This document shows, one piece after another, positions 12,248 to 26,739 of a stretch of 64,000 nt of DNA. Each line of letters starts with the position of its first letter. Positions within the stretch are counted from its first letter, which is position 1. Position numbers and translations under genes: made by a program. A model generated the notes under the pieces. The model made no database searches and was not told where the DNA came from. It saw only the letters and a list, made by a program, of their open reading frames with translations. The DNA comes from Selaginella moellendorffii (Eukaryota; Plantae; Lycopodiophyta), in NCBI RefSeq assembly GCF_000143415.4, contig NW_003314344.1:256336-320335 (forward strand), read 5' to 3'.

Positions 12248-15200
12248 TTCACAGAGGTATGTTGCTTGTTGACGCATGGAGGGGTCGATAGTGATGATAG
12301 CTAGTCAAGAGAGAAAATAACGCATAATCATTCTTTCTTCTGTACATATTTTTGTGACGCATCGCCAGAGAAATTCAGTGCAGCAGTCCATCTGTCGATC
12401 CGTCTGACGCCGTGCTTAAGATTTGAGAGATGCATTAGGAATTTAAGCAGTAGCGATCCTCTGGCTCGTTTTTTTCACTTGTTTAATCGAGTCACAGGTG
12501 CAATGTACTCGAAAAGAGAGAGTTATATCATACTAGCATCATGAAGCTCGCATTTGACTTTGAGTTTTTTTTTACCTCTCTCTCTCTCTTTCTCGCTCTC
12601 TCTTTTCTCCTCAATCTGACTAGTTCGATCCCATCACCGATACCAAATGTTGATGCAGTGAGTTTTTTAGTCCCGAGTTCTCGAAGCCCATGAAAAATGA
12701 GAAAGTAAACACGTAAGGTTGTTGTGGGGTATTAGTTTGTCTGTTTTTTTTTTCGCTTCTACAGTGGTAGAGAACCACAAGCCTGCCTGGGACAATCGTT
12801 TTTCAATTGACGAAGAAGATGATGAGACAATTGCATTGTTTGTGTTTTCTAGTACATAGTTACGAGTCGCTGGTTACAAGGCGAGTGTGGATTTTCTTTC
12901 AGTTTCCTCGTCTCAATGCACATAGCTTAATAGACTAGATTTTCTTTTTCTAGCAGCAGCCAAAACAACAAAAAAACTTTGACAAGCTCTCATCAAGGAT
13001 GACATTGTCAGCAAGATCGAGTTCCTTGTCTACGAGTGCTTCACTAGCTTGTTCTTTCTTGCTCTCCCAAAACTCGGCCTATAATCGTCCATGGCTTCAT
13101 GCCGCCATGGAAAAACACGGAGACGACGAACGAGAAGAAGTGGTTTGTGTCCGGACAAGGACGAAAGTTTCGTTACCCGTGTTTTGCGTGTCCATGATCT
13201 GTTGACCCTCCTCCTCGTAGGTAATACAAACAGTATAGAGAAAAATGTATAAATACGGATGTCGCTTGTTTGAGGGTGGTGCGGGCTTTTGTTTAAGGGG
13301 CCGAGATGAATGTCTTTTTTTTTACGCTGGGTCCATGTGAAGCGATGGATCCAACTCAATAATGTTAAGTCGAGCGATCTATATCTCGGCATTTGGGGCT
13401 GCGATTGCGAAGTTTGAGCTCCCGGAGGGGGATTTGGATTTGTCGCCGGAATGTTGAGCGTGATATTGGTTGGATCTTGGATGGACAAGATCTCATCGCT
13501 TTTAACTTGGTGAATAAGAGGGAAAACGAGGATTGATGGAAGGGTGGTGAGACATCGCAATCGAGGTCGAGATTAAAGAAAAGAGAGAAGGTTTTTGCAA
13601 GAGATCCAATCCAAGAGCTTGGGGGAGGGGGTGTCGATCCGACGGCCCAGATCTCGCCGGGACACAAGTGGCGGAGGATAACTGGTCCCCACGCTACACG
13701 TCAGCGTAGCCGCAAGGGGACGAAAGCCGCGCGCGTTGCGAGCTTTGTCGCCGTGTGGCGGACTGGGACCCAAATGCGGGGCGTGGCTGGGCCGTCGGAT
13801 CTGCATGGGGGGATCGCGGCCGTCCGCTCCGGCCTTGATTGGATCGTCAAGAATGTCAGGAATCCATGGCCTCCGTGTTGCTCGCGGCCGTAACACAACG
13901 CGTAAATCGTATGTCGGTATGGGGCCCAAAAGGGATGCAAAAAATTAGATAAACTTTTTGATATCATATGGAATATTTTAAGGAAATAAAGACGCTTTTT
14001 ATGGGGGCGTCTTTTTTGTCAACACACAACAGAAGCTTTGGATATGTCCCGAGCCGCACCTTATAAAAGCTGCGCGGCCTTGGAGAAGAAAGAAACTACG
14101 TAGGATCAAAGATTCCGGCTTTTGTTTTGTTGCTTTGTTTGAGCATGTAATGTAATGCAGGGGAGCGGTGGATCGATCCATCCAATTTATTGTTTTTCTT
14201 TTGGGTGTGTATAGTTTTTATATTTGAACAATCCTAGGGTCTTTTTCTTTCATCCTAGACGACACATTTTCATCCCATCCCGTGTCGGCACTCGTAATTT
14301 GGTTGTAGGGATTCGAACAAGAGTCAGATATGCTTTGGCGGTTTGCTTGGCATTTGCAGCATCGCAAGGATTTAATCAGAAAAGAAGTTTGTGCTCTGAT
14401 GAAACTCAAACTCGATCCGAGATCACGATGAAAAGCGAGTAAAAAGCCCGGGGGAGAGAAAGGGTCGAGGAGATCCCAATCAATCAATCACCCATCAATC
14501 AATCAATCACTCGCTCCATCATATGGAATTCCTCTATCAAATGCATGGGCTTGTCCGGAGTTACACGCAGCCCCATGAGAAGGTTGCCCGCGTTTGGCAA
14601 CTTAACCAACTTGTAGACAACATTTATGCTCTCTATATTCCTCGGAATCTTTTAATATATTTTCGAGGTCGGGTCATGGGAATGCGTGCCCCGCCCGATC
14701 GCCCGCTCGTCCCCCGTCCCCGGATTTGTGTGCTTGTGTGTTTTCTTCCCCCTGCGATGGATTGTTGTTTTGCGAGAGGGCAGCGCGAAATTGGGGATTT
14801 GTTTCCTGTCATTGAATGCAAGTGCAAACACAGATGGACATGAAAAAGTATTCGTCTTTCTTACCTTTCAGATAGATAGATATGGATGGAAGGGAATATC
14901 TCACCCGAATATATATGTATGAATAAATTACTATAATGCCCGCGAATTCAGCAATCGCTCGCGGGTCAAAATGGCGTTTGTCAACCGTTTTTAAATCCCC
15001 ACCTTTGTGATCTTTTAAGCTCGGGACTTGACCCCCCGTTTTTCTTTTTTCACCTCTTTTCTTGGAGAGATTTTCTAGTTTTCCTGATTTTGGTTTTTGG
15101 GTTTTTGAGAGGGTGCAGCACCACACACCCGTTGTTTCGTTTGTTTGTAGCCAAAGGAAGGAGACAAACGCTGTGGGGCTCCAAAGCTTTTGTCACAAAT

Positions 15201-16629
15201 GGCTGCTCCTTTACGTTGCACGAGAGAAGAATGACTCTCTGTAACCTGGGGTGCCATCTTGATTCAGAGACCTTCTCATTGATCAAGCTGTAACATACAG
15301 CGAAGAAACTTCGATCACCACGAGAGCGAACTCTCGTGAAAGTTCCACCAGAGAGTTCCTTATAAAACAGCAGTGTGAAAAGAAAGATATACAAAGATCC
15401 CCTTAACTCAGGCACACACGTGAACTTGGCCCCGCCGTACCGGTTCTTTTCCAGTCACAGTTACGTAACGCGGAGAGAAAACGTACGAAGAACTAAGTAC
15501 TTGGGTTAGGCATCGCTCGCGGCATTAAATGATTAAACCCCCGCAAACATTCACACATGTACGGAGAGACAAGCGGAATGCAAACGTGCGTACAGGCCAC
15601 GTCATCTCTTTTGGCCTTTATTACCTTTTTTTAATACTTTTTTCTTGTATATATATATATCAACCTGACCTGCACTGCATGAGTAAGTTGCAGCCATGGA
15701 GCTGTTGTTATTCTTGTAAGAGAGAAGTTGGCATTTTGTTTGGCAGCCCATATACATCTCTCAAGCCAGAAGGGAGGGTGGCAGTGAAGAAAAGGGCACA
15801 TTTAGTGAAGTTTTTACAGAAGCAGCTGAAAGTTGGAACAGCAACAGGAGGGGTCCTGCAACAAAAAAGTATCACCACCTCTGCATATGACCACAACACA
15901 CATACATCAGACTCACTCCCTAACTCCTCTCTGCTCTGTGTTGCATTCAATATGAAAAATGCACCACCCTCTTTTCCAGCCCAGCCCAGCCCAGCCCAGC
16001 AAGTTGCAAATGAGAAAACAGAAAAAGAAAGAAGTTTTTGTTTAAATAATAAGATCATGAAGGAAGGAAACCCTCCTGTGAAGCTTTCATGTCCCTGTGC
16101 ATTCCACAACTTTCAAGTACGGTGCGCTGGGGATGCATACGTATATAGCTACGTGCATGTCACCACTGTAGTGGTACAGCAATCCATGATACGGACGGTC
16201 TCGCACAGCAGCATTACCTGTTATATTCCCAACAGGGGCCCATTCCCTCCCGAGGGATGTTTGCAAACAAACAGGAGAGCTGGATGCCAATGGACGACCA
16301 ACTTCATAACATTTGTTTTCTCATTATATTTGGTGTTCACGTTGTTGTCTCCAATTTTATATCCATATTGCGATCTCAGCTCGATCAAACTGCAAAAGTC
16401 GATATCCTAGGTAGAAACCATGACTTTGGAGTCCTGGTCATTTTTTTTGCATAACCTAGAGTTAGGAGTAGAGTCGGGACCACCCAATACACAAGAATGC
16501 GTCCCTGTGATCTTCCGGATTGTACACTTCAAAAGCGCGAGATCGATTCAAAATCTTGACCCTAGACTCGTATGCAAATGGTTTGCACTGTACAACACAT
16601 GACCAGAAATTCCAATTCACGGCAAGAGC

Positions 16630-16770
16630 CGCGTCAGCACGCCAGCTCGCTGACGTGTCATGGCCAGCGATGGGGCCATGCAAAGCCATCCCCGACACCC
16701 AGGCGTCTTTGCCACGTTCGTGGATGTCGGCATCGCGCGGGCCATGGCACACGTCACCATGCCACGCTGG
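16630..16770. promoter_or_regulatory. Cluster of ACGT-core (G-box/C-box/ABRE-like) elements in a GC-rich island
   Basis: TGACGTGTCA 16651, GCCACGTT 16711, CACACGTCA 16748, GCCACGCT 16761 within 120 bp. Confidence 0.35.
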
Positions 16771-19700
16771 CCAGGCCAGCTACCCACCACCAAACGCATA
16801 CCACTTCCTCACAAAAATTCATAACATTTTGAGGCGCGTATAAGCTATGACAGCAAATATTTTCCTTGATTTTACTACCCATTGCTATGCCTCTTCGCGT
16901 GGCATATTCGCATTTGCCTGGGCCCTTGCGAGAAAAGAAAGGGGGGAATCTTCTCACCAAGAAAACGCCAGCAGCTTGTGTCCAACAGAAAGCCTCCAAC
17001 GCAAGGAACGGCTCCTCGTTAGATACCTGACTATGGAAAGGACTTTTTTTTAGAGAAAAAGGATGGAGGGCAAATTGTTTTGGCCGTAGAAACACGTCTT
17101 CTTGGGTGGTGGTGGTGGTGGTGGTAGTGTGTAGTCTACTCTCTTTCTTCCAGTGAATCAAGAGTTTTTTTCTAGGATTTCTTTTGGCCCCCGCAGTCGC
17201 AGCATCGATCAGATTGTTGGCCAGTCGTCCAGCCATGTTGCTGCTCATGACCCACGAAAATCAATTCCAAAATCATAAGCTGACCGGGCCCGGAACTCAA
17301 TGGAAACTTTTAAACCATGATTAAACTAGTGCTCTAATGATACTAGTTGCTTAACTTTTATAGTTTTGCCATGCGTACATAACTATAATGCCACGATCTC
17401 GTCACCAAACATAGCTCCAAAGAAGGGGAATGTGTGCATTTTCACGTCCCAACACCGGAGGGGCTGGGATCAATCAATTCTTCTGGTGTTTTGCGGAGGG
17501 ACAAAAACAAACAAACTAGGGATACAAGCGAAAAATCTCAAGAATGTTGGCTAGTGTTATTAGTATATATACTTGTGGCGCAAGCGAACAAGGGAAAGGG
17601 AGGCCTTTGTTTTGGAAGGATTTGTATGGAGCCGCACATTACTTTTGGAGCGCGCATTGCAACCCCATTGATCTCGAGTGATCTCCTTTACATAAGTGCA
17701 TTGAGATTGACAGAAGTAGATTTCATGAGCCGCTAAACATATACAAAAGGTAATTTTTAAGCCTGACAAAGTTGATATCACCTGGAAAGTTACCTTTTAA
17801 CTTCATTTGTTATGGTGTCTGTAAAACCTGTGACAGACAGACATGCATTACATATTAAGAAAATATTATACCTTTCTCTCTTTAAGCCCTGGAAATTCCT
17901 CTCACAGCTGCTGCACAGACATGTGCCCGAAGCTTAAATTTTGATAAGTTTCAATTTATATACCTCTGCTGAGCCCGGGTTTCGATACATAATCGTAAAT
18001 AACATACATCACTATAATTTGATAGTGCTTCACCAGCTTCTGAACTCTAGTCATTTTCTCCATTGTTACTGGCTTTGTGGGTACTGTCATTCTTTTTTGC
18101 CTGGTTCTTTCGCCAATGCAGGAAGGGAGAGTTGAAGCTCCCAAGAGAGGCCCGGCATTATATAACAGTTAAGCTAAAGAGCTAGAAAACCTGGACAGTA
18201 TCAATCAGCTTCCAGTGCGCATTGCGGGGTACATTCAGTGTCGTGTGTTGATTGAAGCTGATTGAGGGCAAAAGGGTGAGGGAGAGGATCATGTAGTGTA
18301 GATTTCACACTTTGAATATGATTAGGGGTAGCAATATTGCACCACCTTTCACTTTCACTTTCTTATGCACATTCAAACAAGTCCAACAGTGACATTTTCT
18401 TGGGTGGAATTGAATTGTTCAACAAATCTGAACCTGGTGCTTACAAATTCAAACCACCCAGCAGCACAGCCTTTCTTTCCAAATCTAGAATTGCACCCAT
18501 AAATGTGGGGAAGAAACAAAGTTGTATTATTGTGGGTTGCATGCCCTTAATTTGGCAGCAGCAGAGATTCCTTCATTCCATGGCCAAAACGAAGAGCAGT
18601 TTGTTATTCCTGTTAGAAGAGTTGGTTATGGAGGAGAGGCTGGCTGCTTAATTATTTCTTTGGGGGCTGTAGCCCCTGTGTTTTTTTCCAAATTATTGTC
18701 CTTGAAACAGGCTCCATTCCTATTTTGGAGAGCATATTCTGCCCCCGTTCTACTCAAGATTCCCCTGAGAAGGAGCCAGTAGCAGGAAGAAAAAAAAGGC
18801 AGTTAATATACACGGAAAACATGAGAGTTATTTGAGATGTTTGCTTTTTTAGAAAAAAAGAATGAAAATATCTGCTTTTGCTGCTCCTCCTGCTACTGCT
18901 CCTGCTCCTGTTGTGGCTCAGCCAATGCAACTATTCTATTCTGTTCTATTCTAGCTTGGTATTTAACAAGCCTTTTGTCCCCATAAAGAGCAATCACAGG
19001 AGGAGGAAGAGGAAGAGGAAGAGGAGGACGAGGAGCTCACAAAGTGATGTAAGAGAGAAATGCAGGGGCTTGAAAATGAAAGCAACTGGTACCACCACCA
19101 CCACCACCACATTCAACAGTTTGCAAAACGCAAGCTTTTTTGCCATTCATTCATCCATCCATGACTAGCACACATCCATTCAGCCCCCACCCAAACAGCC
19201 AAAGGGAATAAGTAACTATTCCTCCTCCAGGAGGGAAAATCTTTTTTGGGGAGGCCAGAGCGGACTCACACAGGATTCGAACTCCAGACCACCTTGGAAC
19301 AGACTGGGTTTGTTGGTTTTCTCTTTTAAATCACTGCAAAGCAAAAGAAAGACGAATAAGAAAAAAACAAAAAGGAAATATTACACACACACAGGATAGA
19401 CTAGAGAGAATGTGCTGTGTCTACTAGTGGTGTTATTCTGGGAGAAGGAAGGAACGAATTCAAGGAAAGAGAGTGTTGCGAGAGGAAGAAAAATGGAGAG
19501 TAGCAGCCGCAGCATGAGCCAGCGGCAGCTAGCAGCAAAGCAGCAGCAAACAGATCTAGAGAAGTAGATCTACCTTTGTTGTTGTTGCATTCGCCTCCTC
19601 CTCGAATGCGTTTTTTGCGCTGCTGCTGAAAGCTCCGCTTGCTTCCATCTGCTTGTTGGCTTGCACATAACACGGCGTTCCTTTGTTTTGTCCTCGTCGT

Positions 19701-20624
19701 CTCCGTCGTCTCGAGGGCTGTGGAGAGCAGTTTGCCGATAGTTAGCACCCGCAAGGAAGCAGAAAAAGATCAATCCTCTCTTCTCCTCTCTCACTCACTC
19801 ACTGGTGCACAACACACAACACACACATACACGCTGCTCGTAGCCAGCGCAAGGATAAAGAAGTTAAAAACAGTTTGGTGTTTACCTGGAGATTCGTCGT
19901 TCATTGTTTTCGCTTTTGCTCTTACTCCTGCTCCTCTTCCTCCTCCTCTTTCCGTTTGGTTGAGCTGATCAAGTGGTCCCTTTGTAAATGCTCCGAGATG
20001 GGCTCTGCTGTTCCGATTAGAGCATCAGTGGTCCCTTCTCTTGGCTGGCTGGATCAACAGGAAGATTGCACAAGGATGTGACTATGTTAACACTTGCATC
20101 TTCTCAAGCGCATGGGAAAGGCATGTTCCTTACAGCCTCCCCCGTCTCAATCTCTTTCTTCGCCTCTCTCTCTCCCATCTCTCTTCGTTGTTAAGCATCT
20201 CCAGCGAAGTTCTTCGGTTTCTTGGCAGCGCAGCCACAGATTGTCATCTCCCTCTCTTTGGCATCCACAGTATCGGGATTTGGAGATCACAGCAGTACCG
20301 ACCAGTTGTAGGAGAGAGGTAGATGTGCCGCCAGCGATCTGCAAACGCAAGGATTCTCCCGTGAGCAAGAAGCACACAATTATCGAGCTCCAACCTTGAT
20401 AATTGCAGGAAAATCACCTTGTCGGTTCCAAAGAGTCTCTAGATAGCGGGCTCCGGGCGGCTAGAGCTCAGAACGCGTAATGTTGAGGTGCTGAAGATCG
20501 TGCTCTCGAGAGCTGCAGCAATTGCAAAGAAGGTTTCTGGAGCAACAGTAGAATTCTACCTCGAGAGGCCGTATATCGCCCAGGCAGCAGAATTGAGCTC
20601 GAGTTCATCAGCCGGAGCGAAGAT

Positions 20625-23092
20625 ATGACGCTGTCCAATATAACAACCGCGTCTGGCGATTCCGGCACTCGAGCAGACAGTTCTGGAGTTCAGCAGGCTC
20701 ATCTCCACGGCTCCTTCAACCCGGGGTTTATCTCAGGTGGTGCTGCTCAAGGGGAACAGCAGCAGCAGCAGCCGCAGCAGCCGCCCGCCAAAAAGAAGCG
20801 AAATCTGCCGGGAACTCCAGGTACAGTCTCGGTCTTTATTACTCTCGTGATTCGTAAAATCTCTAAATTCTCGTTGTTTGATTGATCTTGCATGCACACG
20901 AAGGGACTTAGATCATAACAAGTCCATAAAGTTGTCAGTCGAGTCCTTTGAGTGCTTTCTTCTTCTTACCTCAGCCGAATTTTGCAGACCCAGATGCGGA
21001 GGTCATCGCATTATCACCCAAGACCCTCATGGCCACAAACCGATTTGTCTGCGAAATTTGTGGAAAGGGCTTCCAGCGAGACCAGAACCTGCAGCTCCAC
21101 CGGAGGGGCCACAATCTCCCATGGAAGCTCAAGCAAAGGACGAGCAAGGAGCCCCGCAAGCGAGTGTATATATGCCCAGAAGTCAGCTGTGTCCATCATG
21201 ATCCATCCAGAGCGCTCGGGGACCTGACCGGCATCAAGAAGCATTTTTGTCGTAAGCATGGCGAGAAGAAGTGGAAATGCGATAAGTGCAACAAGCGGTA
21301 TGCTGTGCAATCGGATTGGAAAGCTCACTCGAAGACTTGCGGCACCCGAGAGTATCGATGTGACTGTGGAACTCTCTTCTCCAGGTAACAATTCTCGGCC
21401 CCTCTCGCATCTTTGATATATGAATCCATGAAGTTGCTTGGCTCTACATTCCTGCAAAAACTCGAATGAGTACCAGAAGGAAAGGACAAAAAATCCGAGT
21501 TTTTTCGCATGCTACCTGAAGTAGGCTTATAGCTAGATGGAAGAAGGCAGCGCTAGAGATATGGTTAGAGTACTTACTGACCATTGTTGGCATCTTATCT
21601 CAGGAGGGACAGCTTCATCACGCACCGTGCCTTCTGCGATGCGCTCGCGGAGGAGAGCGCCAGGACGAGCAAGCCACCGCTGCCGGAGGGAGTCATCAAC
21701 AACAACATGCCACCTTCTCCGCACGGTCAGTACGCGATCCGCATGCCTCCGGGAGCAGCCGGCGTGGGATTCAGCGACGAGCTTTCTGCAATGGGAGCAA
21801 TGCAGCACTTAGTACCAAGCGACGACTTCCAACAAATGCAACGATGGGGAGCGGCTGCCGGGGGCTCAGCCGGTCCGGGAGGAGCGGCACCCCGACTCTC
21901 GCTGTGGGTCGACCCGGGAGCTGACAGCAGCATGGGAGGCTTCGAGTCGTCGCCAACCGGAGGCTCACCGTTTTCTCTCAAGAACAATGCAGGCATTCAC
22001 AACGGGGTCGGGATGGCGGGCATTCTCGGACAGCTCGAGATGGACATGCCGAGACAGGCACCGGGAGGACACTTATACTCGAACAGTCCGTTTGGAAACT
22101 CGGGACTCTCGGCACAGGGATTCCACTCGCCGACACAGCAGCAGCAGATGGGAGGTGGCAACATTGCAGACATGATAGCAGCGTTTAACAACAGGATGGA
22201 AGCTCGCGGGGCTGGTGGCTCGGCAACAGCGGGTCTCTCACTCTCGTCAGCCAGCGGAAGCAACGCGACCAGCTTTGGAGTTCCTCGGCAACAAGGACCC
22301 TCGGCATCGGCCGCGGCACAGATGTCCGCCACGGCACTGCTCCAAAAGGCAGCACAGATGGGAGCAACCGCGAGCAACACTTCTCTACTCAGAGGATTCG
22401 GACTGGCTGGATCGGAGTCGAGCAACTCTTTCAACCTGGGGGCTCTCTGGCAGCATGCAAACAGTAGGCAGCAGGACCAACCTGGTGGGAGGTCATCGTC
22501 TTCGCCAGGAAACATGCCGAGTTCTTCCCAGCCGCCACCCCAGCAGCTGCTCCTGAGACGACCCAGCGACGTTTCGGCGGAGGTGTCCGGCTCCGGATCG
22601 TCCTCGGCTTACGGCGACCATGTCCCGCGATCATCTAACGAGCACATGAACATGATGCCGGATCAGAGCTCATACAACGTGTTTGGAGCGGCAAACATGA
22701 GCCAGTACTCATCGCTTCTGGGAGGTGTGAACGCGGCGGCGCTGGAGAATCCATCCGCTCAAATGATGGTGTCTGCGGAGGATGGTTTAGTACGCAGCAT
22801 GGCCGGGAAGAAGAACAATCCTTTCAGCGAGCAAGCAATGCTGGCAGCGGGACTCCATGGAAGATTGATGCCCAAGGTGGAGGAAGGAAGCGATAGAATG
22901 ACGCGGGATTTCCTAGGAGTGAGCGCAGCGACGAACGTACCTGGGATTATGGGAAGGATGCCTCCAAACATGGTGGATTTCAGTAACAGCAGTGGCCAGC
23001 GGGACAACAACTCGATGAAATCCTCCTCGGCCGGGGTTGGAGCTGGAGCTGGGAACAGCGGCTCGCCAGGAAAATCTTGGGAGTGTTCTTGA
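20625..23092 (+). CDS. IDD: INDETERMINATE DOMAIN (IDD/BIRD) C2H2 zinc-finger transcription factor; exons 20625-20820, 20988-21384, 21604-23092
   Basis: KKKRNLPGTP|DPDAEVIALSPKTLMATNRFVCEICGKGFQRDQNLQLHRRGHNLPWKL ID domain; C-terminal MSATALLQKAAQMG and TRDFLG motifs; canonical splice sites. Confidence 0.97.
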
Positions 23093-23520
23093 TCATCATC
23101 GATCCATCGGCTCGGGGGGGCTCTATATAATTACGAGACTGGCAAAATCCAAGCTTTTGGTTGATTGATTCATCCTAGACTAGAGAATAAATCTGTTATC
23201 ACTTCGATCGACAGCGTTCTCTTCGGCAGCGATCCAAGAACCTCCGCATCGAGAATGCGCGTTCGTCAACGCCCTGAGCGAGATTTCAACGATTCAAGCT
23301 GAGAATTTCGAGAGGAATTGGCTTACCTGAGATGTAATATTATTTTCAAAGCGATTGAATCTTTGCGTGATCCGCAGTGGCAGTAGACAGACAGCGATCG
23401 CGATCTCAAGCGCTATCGTCCGGCTTCACGCATTTCCTCCTATCGCCCTAAAAATTAAAACCCCCGAGAAACCCTAGATTTCCATTTCAAATTGTGAATA
23501 TTCTGCGCTTTGCTTGTACA

Positions 23521-24771
<1,251 letters not shown>

Positions 24772-24893
24772 AGCTGGGAAGAAAGAATTGCTGGATTGAC
24801 GACAAGTGGACGGCACGGATCTTCCCCGGTTTGTGCGAGGTGTAAAAGGGCGTTTACATTTTAGGGCTTTTGGAGTTTTAGGGTTCTAGCGCA

Positions 24894-26561
24894 ATGCCTG
24901 TCGCGGAGGACATCCCTGCGGAAGCTCTGGAGGAGGCGCTGGATTCGCCGCCGGCTGTCATGGATGATTCTCCTGCTGCGCCAGCCGGAGAGCGATCTTC
25001 CGAGGTAGATTCAGCAGAGAAGGAGAGCACCACCGAGGAGAAAAGCAGCGAGAGCATTGAGGCGACAGAGAATGCTGCCGACGCTCCCAAGGAGGTCGAT
25101 GAGAGCGCTGCGGAGAATATCGCGCAGCCGGAGGTGCCAGAGGAATCGAAATGGGCGGCGGAGGAAGTCCAGGGGCCGGAGCTAACGTCGGATCGAGTGC
25201 AAGGAGCTGAGAAAGAAGGCCACGAGGAGGATCTCCCCAAGGAAAAACAGGAGGACAAGAATGGAGAAATGGAGAAGGAGAGCAGTGAGGACGTGGTGAA
25301 CGCATTGTATGAGAGGATGAGCTCGGCCGTGGCGAGCGCTCACTCGGACGGGAAGAAGGACAAGGATCACGATCGCAAAGACCCAGTTGTGGACTCAGTG
25401 ATGGCGGTGGCGGCTCCTTTTGTGGAATTCGCGGTGGCTCAAGCACAGTTTTTGAAGAATGGCATGTCGGAGACGACGGACGTTGCCGTGAGAGCGGCAT
25501 GCAACCAGCTTAGCGAGCTCCAGGACTCGTCCACCACTCAGTACTACTACGCGAAAGTACGTACACGCTTCTGTGTAGCGCCATGGATTTTTTTCTACAG
25601 GGATTTTTCTTTTGACGTCGTGCAGGACGTATCTTGCAGGACATGTTTTGGAGATTCAAGCGGGAGTACCGGGAGTACGAGAACGTTTTCTTCTCAACTT
25701 TGAAAGGTTTTTTTCTCTTTTGTTCTGGTCTTTTGCTCGATGATTTATATGTTTACTCTTCTTAGATGGTGTGAAAGCTGCTACTGTTAGTCCTGGAATG
25801 GCTGCAATGGTGGCAACGGGTGCGGCATTTCTGTTCTTACGACGTAAGTATTGATCTTTGCAAGTGAGTTAGTGCGACCTTAAATACCTGGAACAGGCCC
25901 CAGAAGGCTACTGTTTAAATACACGCTGGGACGTTTCCGGAGCCAAGAGGTTTGCGTGTTCTTATGTTTTGTTGGTTTAAATCGCTTCTTCTGTCCAGGC
26001 GATGGCAGCAAGCGCGCAGAAGAAGGTGGTGGAGCTGCGTGAAGCTCTTGAGCTACAGAAGAACGAAAGGAGAAAACTCGAGGTTCGCGCGGCTGATTTC
26101 CAACTCTCTCGTTCTTACGCACATCCTTTTCAGGAGAGGTTCAGGCTTGCGGAAGATGAATTTCTGAGGGGCCAGTCGAAAATGGCGTAGGTTTTTTGTG
26201 TGGTTATGCCCTGGTTTTTATTGGTTGTTTGTAACGCGCAGGAATGCTGGAAGTCAGATTCGTTCGCTTGTCAAGAGCATGTACAAAACAGAGAACCATG
26301 CGCAAGGTTGGTGCACGAATCACTCCACTTCTATTTTCTTATGATTTTGTTTCAGGACTCTTGGAGAAGCTGAGAGACATGTCTGGCAAACCCGCCTTTC
26401 ATCTGCGAGCGGAGGTAGAGCTTGTTTTTCTTGCTAAGTTTCTCATGATTCATTCGTGTGCAAAACAACAGGTGGCATCAATGGCTTCCGAGGCAAAAGC
26501 ACACAGATCTTCGCTCGACAGGAACCTCTACAGAATCGCAAGCCACAACATCCGTGTTTGA
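24894..26561 (+). CDS. RHIP1: RGS1-HXK1-interacting protein 1-like, with acidic N-terminal extension
   Basis: Exons give PRRLLFKYTLGRFRSQE, LAEDEFLRGQSKM..AGSQI, LRAEVASMASEAKAHRSSLDRNLYRIASHNIRV*, which is the pattern of the RHIP1 family. Confidence 0.8.
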
Positions 26562-26739
26562 GTTTGTGTTTGGTTCTCTCTTTTTTTGTTCGGCCCGGAA
26601 GTAGAAAAGTTGCTCCACATTGTATCATTTTACTCGGGATTGGCCTTGCGAATCTACTCTCGTTTCTTCCAGTGGGACATTCTTTGTTTTATTTTATCTA
26701 CAAGTAAACACGACAATGATTCGTACCCGGCACGTTGTT

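Noticed and set aside
12975-13060. Possible miRNA hairpin (caaggatgac resembles part of miR169); also tgacagaag at ~17708 (miR156-like)
   Set aside because: Only 9-10 nt match and pairing is too interrupted for a miRNA/miRNA* duplex.
15529-16410. 293-aa ORF in the IDD upstream region
   Set aside because: No recognisable domain, non-coding-like composition (TA runs, polyA tracts) and no supporting splice structure.
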